Part shown: piece by piece, positions 26,355 to 32,000 of the stretch
Layout: each line of letters begins with the position of its first letter
Numbering within the stretch: the first letter of the stretch is position 1
NCBI RefSeq assembly: GCF_029504745.1
Contig: NZ_JAQFIQ010000007.1
Span: 1 to 32,000 of the forward strand
Source: Breznakia sp. PF5-3
GTDB taxonomy: Bacteria > Bacillota_I > Bacilli_A > Erysipelotrichales > Erysipelotrichaceae
Direction: 5' to 3'
Length of the DNA: 32,000 bases
Made by a program: the position numbers and the translations under genes
Notes under the pieces: generated by a model
What the model saw: only the letters and a program-made list of their open reading frames with translations
Told to the model about the DNA's origin: nothing
The model's database searches: none

Positions 26355-27773
26355 ATGCGTAAAGATAAATTTTTATGGGGTAGTGCAACTGCGGCATATC
26401 AATGTGAGGGTGCATGGAATGAAGATGGAAAAGGATTAGGGGAGTGGGATGTTTTCTCTCATGAAAGTCCACTCAATATTAATGGAGCAACAGGAGATAT
26501 TGCCTGTGATTTTTATCATCGTTATAAAGAAGATATTGATATGTTAGTAGAAGGTGGACAAAATACATATCGCTTTTCTATTGCTTGGACTAGGATTATT
26601 CCTGAAGGAGTTGGACAAGTAAATCAAAAGGGAATAGATTTTTATAACCGTGTAATAGATTATTGTTTAGAGAAAGGTGTAGAACCTAATATAACATTAT
26701 TTCACTATGACCTTCCAGAGCCGATTGCAAAGGCGGATGGTTTTGGGAATCGAAAAACAGTAGATGCCTTTGTAGAGTATGCAAAAGTATGTTTTACAGC
26801 ATTTGGTGATCGTGTTAATTTATGGGCAACGATTAATGAACCTAGATATTATGCATATTGTACAAATATGGTAGGGAATTATCCACCTAATCATAAAGTT
26901 GATTTTGATCGTTTTTATCGTGTTTTGTATCATGAAATATTAGCAAGCGCAAAAGCAGTAAAGGTATTTCATGATATGAAATTGAAAGGACGTATTGCCA
27001 TTGTTCATGATAATAGCAATGCAGAAATTGCTCCTGGAACTAAAGAACCACAAAAGATTAAAATGATGGCTGATCTATTTTACACTGATTTAGTATTGGA
27101 AACTTCAATCACAGGAAAAATTCCTGGCGCACTGATACCAATGTTAAGAGAAAATAATATTGATACATCGTTTATAAAGTTTGAAGATGCTATTGATTTC
27201 GCAAATGGAAAAATTGATTATTTAGGATTAAATGTATATAATCGTGTTTACTTAACAGATTACAGCGAGGGTGAAACAGAAGTATTCCATAACAATAAAG
27301 GGAAAGGTTCTAAATCAAAGGAAGGGATTCGTATTAAAGACTGGTTTGAAACAACAGATGATATCCATACAAAACGTAATTTATGGGGAAGAGAAATATA
27401 TCCTAAATGTATTTATAATGCACTTGTAGAAATTAAAGAGCTTTATGGAGATATACCTGTTTACATTACGGAAAACGGACACGGAATGTACGAAACACCT
27501 GATGAGAATGGGTATGTTCAAGATGATGAGAGAATTGAAATGATGCAAGGTTACATTGAGTATATGCTAAAAGCTCGTGAAGATGGATGTAATGTCTGTG
27601 GTTATTATGCTTGGTCCACAATGGATTTGTATAGCTGGGTTAATGGATATGAAAAACGATATGGATTTGTGAGGATTGATTTTGATGATCCAAAATTACC
27701 AAGAATTCCTAAGAAGAGTTATTACTGGTTTAAAAATTTAATTCAGGATTTTTATGATCATCACAATGAATAA
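26355..27773 (+). CDS. GH1 6-phospho-beta-glucosidase
   Basis: ATG 26355 follows AGAGAGG; the alternative ATG 26337 overlaps the upstream stop. Contains FLWGSATAAYQCEGA, the acid/base TINEPR, and the nucleophile YITENG. SWVNGYEKRYGFV is the phosphate-binding S/K/Y signature of the phospho-glycosidase subgroup. Confidence 0.9.
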   Translation: MRKDKFLWGSATAAYQCEGAWNEDGKGLGEWDVFSHESPLNINGATGDIACDFYHRYKEDIDMLVEGGQNTYRFSIAWTRIIPEGVGQVNQKGIDFYNRVIDYCLEKGVEPNITLFHYDLPEPIAKADGFGNRKTVDAFVEYAKVCFTAFGDRVNLWATINEPRYYAYCTNMVGNYPPNHKVDFDRFYRVLYHEILASAKAVKVFHDMKLKGRIAIVHDNSNAEIAPGTKEPQKIKMMADLFYTDLVLETSITGKIPGALIPMLRENNIDTSFIKFEDAIDFANGKIDYLGLNVYNRVYLTDYSEGETEVFHNNKGKGSKSKEGIRIKDWFETTDDIHTKRNLWGREIYPKCIYNALVEIKELYGDIPVYITENGHGMYETPDENGYVQDDERIEMMQGYIEYMLKAREDGCNVCGYYAWSTMDLYSWVNGYEKRYGFVRIDFDDPKLPRIPKKSYYWFKNLIQDFYDHHNE

Positions 27774-27783
27774 AAGTATTTGA

Positions 27784-27810
27784 AAAGCAGAAATCATTTT
27801 CTGCTTTTTG
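27784..27810 (+). terminator. rho-independent terminator closing the locus
   Basis: AAAGCAGAAA-tcat-TTTCTGCTTT followed by TTTG. Confidence 0.8.
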
Positions 27811-27899
27811 TATGTTATGTTTGAAATGCTATTTTAAGATGAAAAAATAAATCCGTCTATGGTAAAATAAGGATAATGTAATTTACTTATGGAGGTTTT

Positions 27900-28445
27900 A
27901 TGAAACGATGTAATTGGGCAAACGATGAAGCGATGCATGAATATCATGATAAAGAGTGGGGAAAACCTGTATATGATGATCATGTGTTATTTGAATTTTT
28001 AGTTTTAGAGGGAATGCAAGCAGGGTTATCTTGGGATACGATTTTAAAAAGAAGAGAAACCATGAGAATAGCATTTGATAACTTTGATCCAAAGAAAATA
28101 AAAGCTTATGGTGAAGCAAAAGTTGAACAATTGATGCAAGATAAAGGTGTTATCAGACATCGATTAAAATTGGAATCTTTGAAGATTAATGCTGAGCATT
28201 TTATTGAGATTCAAGAAGAGTATGGAAGCTTTCATAAATTTTTATGGTCGTTTGTAGATAATAAGCCAATTGTAAATAGCATTGTATCGATGGAAGATAC
28301 ACCAGTGGTGTCTAAAGAGGCAGAAGCATTAAGTAAAGCATTACGAAAAAGAGGGTTTAAGTTTGTTGGTCCTACAATCTGTTATGCTTATATGCAGGCG
28401 ATGGGATTGGTAAACGATCATGAAAATGATTGCGATTGGAAATAA
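27900..28445 (+). CDS. tag: DNA-3-methyladenine glycosylase I
   Basis: 181 aa. RCNWANDEAMHEYHDKEWGKPVYDD and LEGMQAGLSW are Tag signatures. Confidence 0.9.
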   Translation: MKRCNWANDEAMHEYHDKEWGKPVYDDHVLFEFLVLEGMQAGLSWDTILKRRETMRIAFDNFDPKKIKAYGEAKVEQLMQDKGVIRHRLKLESLKINAEHFIEIQEEYGSFHKFLWSFVDNKPIVNSIVSMEDTPVVSKEAEALSKALRKRGFKFVGPTICYAYMQAMGLVNDHENDCDWK

Positions 28446-28454
28446 CCTAATTAA

Positions 28455-28494
28455 AGGAATTGATACTGTAAGATACAGAATCAATTCTTTTTTA
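28455..28494 (+). terminator. rho-independent terminator after tag
   Basis: AGGAATTGATACTGTA-aga-TACAGAATCAATTCTT followed by TTTTT. Confidence 0.75.
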
Positions 28495-28587
28495 TATTAG
28501 TTATTATCATTGTTTTCTTTTGATATGGGGAAGTTGTGCATGCTATAAAAACCCTGTATGATGAAGATAAGAAAATGAGGTGTGTTT

Positions 28588-31011
28588 ATGGAAATACGTT
28601 TAAGTGGTGTAAGAGAGAAAAATTTAAAAAATATTTCTTTAACAATTCCCAAAAATAAATTGGTGCTCTTTACTGGTGTATCAGGATCGGGGAAGACATC
28701 GTTGGTAATTGATACATTATATCAAGAAAGTCAAAGACAGTATTTGGAAGCAATTGGATATCAAGGAATTCAAAAACCAGATATTGACTATATTCGTAAT
28801 ACATCACCTGCAGTTGTAATCACGCAAACATCAGCAAACCGTAATCCGCGATCTTCAGTAGGAACGCAAACTAATATTTATACTGATTTACGAATGATAT
28901 ATGAGAAATTAGGAAAACGGAAGTGTCCGAATTGTGGGAATGATATCTATGCATCAAAATGTAAAGAGGAAGTGGAATTTCATGATGGAGATTTTACAGT
29001 TTATATGTACTGTAATATTTGTCAGCATAAAATGCATAAATTAACACGTTCTTATTTTTCTTATAATACCAAAGAAGGAGCATGTCCTACCTGTCAGGGG
29101 CTAGGAGAAGTTTTAGAGATTGATTGGGAATCTGTTATAGATGAATCATTAACGCTTGAGGAAGGTGCGATAAAGCTTTGGAAGCATAAATATAAAGACT
29201 ATCAAATAACTTCTTTTTATAATGCTTTATCACATTTTGAAATACCTTATGAAAAGCATATGAAAGTAAAAAACTTTAGTATCTTACAAAAACAGATATT
29301 GCAATATGGAATTCATGATAAAGATATGCCAGAACGTTATAAAGAAATGGCATTCCCTAAAACCGTAGAAGGTGGGAAGTATGAAGGAATCGCTTCTTAT
29401 TTGTGGAAGAAAGTAAAAGAAGAAGCTTCACGTAATACGTATAAAAGCATGTATTTTAAAAATATGCCTTGTCCAGCGTGTCATGGAGAGCGTTTGCAGC
29501 CGTTGAGTCGTGAAGTAAGTGTTTTGGATACACGACTTCCTGAACTTGTTGAATTATCGATGGAACGCTTGTATGAGTGGCTAAAGAACTTAGAAACAAT
29601 GATTAGTGAAGAAGCCTATGAACTTAGTAAGAATTATATAGAGGATGCAAAGGCAAAGCTTCAAAGAATTATGAAAGTTGGACTTGGGTATTTAACTATT
29701 GATCAACAAATGATTACCTTATCTGGTGGGGAAGCACAAAGGATTAAAATCGCAGCAACCTTAGATTCAGATATCACAGGGATTTTATATATTTTAGATG
29801 AACCAACCGTAGGCTTACATGCAAAAGATACAGATGGAATGATTGCGATACTAAAACAACTTCGTGATTTAGGTAATACCGTTATCGTTGTAGAGCATGA
29901 TATCGATGTAATGAAAGCAGCTGATATAATTATTGACTTAGGACCTGGTGCTGGAGAACATGGTGGTAAGATTATTGGCAAAGGAACTTATCAAGAATTA
30001 CAAGAACAACCGTCATCAATTACAGGACAGTATCTAAAAAATCCAGCAGTGGTAAAGACGATTACACGCTCGCCCAACCAAGGTTGGCTACACATAAAGC
30101 ATGCACATCTACATAATCTTAAATATATTAATGTTGATATTCCTAAACATTGCTTAAGTAGTATTACGGGGGTATCAGGTTCAGGGAAATCTTCTTTAAT
30201 CTTTGGTGTTTTACATGAACAAATGCATCAAGATATGGAAGATTATGATGAAATCATAACCATTTATCATTCCCCAATCACAAGAATGAAACGTTCAAAC
30301 GTTGCAACTTATGCAGCAATCTTTACTGATTTGCGTATGCTATTTGCATCTACAAAAGAAGCTAAGGAACAAGGGTATACAAGTTCTAGTTTTTCTTTTA
30401 ATACCAAAGGGGGAAGATGTGAACATTGTGAAGGTTTAGGATATGTAGAAAGCAATATGTTGTTTTTTGAAAATATCAATGTTGTTTGTCCAGTATGTAA
30501 AGGAAAACAATACACGGATGAAGTATTAAATATAAAATGGAATGGTAAATCGATTCGTGATGTGTTACATATGGAAGTAAGTGATGCACTTCATTTTCTT
30601 AAAGTTCATAAGAAAATAAGTGAAAGATTGCAATTGTTGGAAGATGTAGGACTTGGATATTTGAAACTTGGACAATCGCTTAATACCCTTTCAGGAGGGG
30701 AAGGACAACGCTTAAAACTAGCAAGCGAGTTAATGCAAAACAAAGGAAAACAAAATCTTTATTTAATTGATGAGCCAACAACTGGACTTCACCCATTGGA
30801 TGTGGAAAAATTTATTTTATTATTGAATCGAATTGTTGATTATGGAAATACAGTAATTGTAGTAGAGCATAACCAACAAATTATAAAAGCATCCGATTGG
30901 ATAATTGATCTTGGACCTTATGGTGGAGAACGAGGTGGAGAGCTTATCGCTACTGGAACGCCAGAGGATATTAAGAAAAATAAGAAATCAATCACAGGAC
31001 GATATTTATAG
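28588..31011 (+). CDS. UvrA paralog (class II, lacks the UvrB-binding domain)
   Basis: ATG 28588 follows AUGAGG; the GTG 28582 extension is unlikely. There are two ABC modules (GVSGSGKTS / LSGGEAQR and GVSGSGKSS / LSGGEGQR). Only ~30 aa lie between CPNC and CNIC, where canonical UvrA carries its ~135-aa UvrB-binding domain. Total length is ~807 aa versus ~940. Confidence 0.8.
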   Translation: MEIRLSGVREKNLKNISLTIPKNKLVLFTGVSGSGKTSLVIDTLYQESQRQYLEAIGYQGIQKPDIDYIRNTSPAVVITQTSANRNPRSSVGTQTNIYTDLRMIYEKLGKRKCPNCGNDIYASKCKEEVEFHDGDFTVYMYCNICQHKMHKLTRSYFSYNTKEGACPTCQGLGEVLEIDWESVIDESLTLEEGAIKLWKHKYKDYQITSFYNALSHFEIPYEKHMKVKNFSILQKQILQYGIHDKDMPERYKEMAFPKTVEGGKYEGIASYLWKKVKEEASRNTYKSMYFKNMPCPACHGERLQPLSREVSVLDTRLPELVELSMERLYEWLKNLETMISEEAYELSKNYIEDAKAKLQRIMKVGLGYLTIDQQMITLSGGEAQRIKIAATLDSDITGILYILDEPTVGLHAKDTDGMIAILKQLRDLGNTVIVVEHDIDVMKAADIIIDLGPGAGEHGGKIIGKGTYQELQEQPSSITGQYLKNPAVVKTITRSPNQGWLHIKHAHLHNLKYINVDIPKHCLSSITGVSGSGKSSLIFGVLHEQMHQDMEDYDEIITIYHSPITRMKRSNVATYAAIFTDLRMLFASTKEAKEQGYTSSSFSFNTKGGRCEHCEGLGYVESNMLFFENINVVCPVCKGKQYTDEVLNIKWNGKSIRDVLHMEVSDALHFLKVHKKISERLQLLEDVGLGYLKLGQSLNTLSGGEGQRLKLASELMQNKGKQNLYLIDEPTTGLHPLDVEKFILLLNRIVDYGNTVIVVEHNQQIIKASDWIIDLGPYGGERGGELIATGTPEDIKKNKKSITGRYL

Positions 31012-31014
31012 ATT

Positions 31015-31044
31015 AAAGAATAGCAGAGTAGCTATTCTTTTTTA
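31015..31044 (+). terminator. rho-independent terminator
   Basis: AAAGAATAGC-agagta-GCTATTCTTT followed by TTTT. Confidence 0.75.
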
Positions 31045-31120
31045 TGAAGAAGATAAGGATATCCTTTGTTAGTAAGTTGTTTGTTTAAGAAATCTCATGT
31101 AGAATATAGAAGAGGTTTTT

Positions 31121-31792
31121 ATGAAAAAGAAGATAGCTATTATGTTAGGAATCGTATTGATTATTATCCTTATTATCTTATATTTAGTATTGGATTATTT
31201 ACGAATAATTCCTCGAAAGTATTATGATGCAAAAGATTTTGATATTGTAGAAGTAATAAGTAAAAAAGATGCTGATAAAGATGGTATTGATGATTATCAT
31301 GATATTATGTTGGGAGCAAGAAAAGATGCAGAAAGCAAACCAAACTATCATTCTGCATATTATGAAGGTGGATATCCACCTGAAGACGAAGGTGTTTGTA
31401 CTGACGTTGTCTGGAGAGCTTTTCACCATGCTGGTTATGATTTAAAAGCAATGGTGGATAAAGATATCGCTGAAAATGTAAACCTTTATCCTCGTGTAGC
31501 AGGCCAGCCTGATCCAAACATTGATTTTCGCAGAGTTCCTAATCTATTGGTTTTCTTTGAGCGTAATGCGACATCATTAACTCGTGATCTTAGTAAGATA
31601 GAAGAATGGCAACCAGGTGATATTGTTATTTTTTCAGATTCTCATATTGGAATTCTTTCCGATAAAAGAAATGAAGATGGATTACCTTGGCTTATTCATA
31701 ATGCAAGCCAACCAAATCGTGAAGAAGATACATTAGTAAGATGGAGTAAAAATGAAATTAGTGGACATTATAGGTGGGATGGTGAAAAGTAA
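31121..31792 (+). CDS. DUF1287 domain protein with N-terminal membrane anchor
   Basis: 223 aa. An N-terminal hydrophobic helix is followed by GVCTDVVWRAF..AGYDL and GDIVIF...HIGI, a DUF1287-like (NlpC/P60-related fold) pattern. Confidence 0.6.
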   Translation: MKKKIAIMLGIVLIIILIILYLVLDYLRIIPRKYYDAKDFDIVEVISKKDADKDGIDDYHDIMLGARKDAESKPNYHSAYYEGGYPPEDEGVCTDVVWRAFHHAGYDLKAMVDKDIAENVNLYPRVAGQPDPNIDFRRVPNLLVFFERNATSLTRDLSKIEEWQPGDIVIFSDSHIGILSDKRNEDGLPWLIHNASQPNREEDTLVRWSKNEISGHYRWDGEK

Positions 31793-32000
31793 TGGATGAA
31801 ATAAATTATAGAATCGCTAAAATAGAGGATGCCAAAGATATTACATATCTAACAAATACAAGTTTGGGATATGAAATTTCTGTTGAACAAACGAAACAAC
31901 AATTACTTAAAATTTTAAATAAATCCCAATATATTGTATTGGTTGCAGAAATGGATGGACGAATTGTTGGCTATCTTCAAGGTGGTGATTATGATTGCAT
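31792..32000 (+). CDS. GNAT family N-acetyltransferase (5' partial, runs off the window)
   Basis: TAATG overlap with the upstream stop. MDEINYRIAKIEDAKDI...IVLVAEMDGRIVGYLQG is a typical GNAT N-terminal beta-strand pattern. The gene is truncated by the window edge. Confidence 0.6.
   Translation, partial: MDEINYRIAKIEDAKDITYLTNTSLGYEISVEQTKQQLLKILNKSQYIVLVAEMDGRIVGYLQGGDYDC

Noticed and set aside
29703-29981. 92-aa antisense ORF inside the UvrA paralog, and a similar one at 30309..30515
   Set aside because: They are shadows of the conserved ABC signature region on the opposite strand, with no start context.
1-32000. Search by eye for CRISPR arrays, tRNA/rRNA genes, IS elements, integrases, toxin-antitoxin pairs or known defence-system genes
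   Set aside because: I found none. The only repeat of note is the 26-bp rlmD duplication. There are no spaced repeat arrays and no transposase or recombinase-like ORFs in the six-frame track.

Overview
This is AT-rich, low-GC Bacillota-type chromosomal DNA. Gene content and RBS style suggest a gut anaerobe of the Clostridia or Erysipelotrichia type, but the species cannot be determined from sequence alone. I call about 31 real CDSs, almost all on the + strand. I saw no rRNA, tRNA, CRISPR array, transposase or integrase.

The first ~18 kb is mostly housekeeping:
- transketolase and a cold-shock protein;
- a divergent aconitase / citrate synthase + isocitrate dehydrogenase cluster;
- a MATE exporter, HAD/Cof phosphatases, and htpG behind two CIRCE operators;
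- an rlmD/rumA-type rRNA methyltransferase.

The most interesting region is 18.8-27.8 kb, a single co-directional locus. Its control region has a sigma-A-like promoter, an overlapping cre site, and a RAT/terminator attenuator. It encodes PTS EIIA(Glc), a LicT/BglG antiterminator, a second RAT, and a Bgl-type PTS EIIBC. Next come two tandem M81 (MlrC-like) metallopeptidase paralogs and an M24/creatinase-fold protein, tightly packed. The locus closes with a GH1 6-phospho-beta-glucosidase and a strong terminator. Peptidase-fold genes sandwiched between the transporter and the phospho-glycosidase of a beta-glucoside PTS module is not a described pathway architecture. I propose a catabolic system for a glycoside whose aglycone carries amide or peptide bonds.

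Second, a 26-bp direct repeat of the rlmD 3' end brackets a ~0.5-kb insertion carrying only a translationally coupled GNAT gene. It looks like an att-flanked, integrase-less cassette or remnant at a known ICE hotspot.

The right end holds tag (3-methyladenine glycosylase I), a class II UvrA paralog lacking the UvrB-binding domain, a DUF1287 protein and a truncated GNAT gene.
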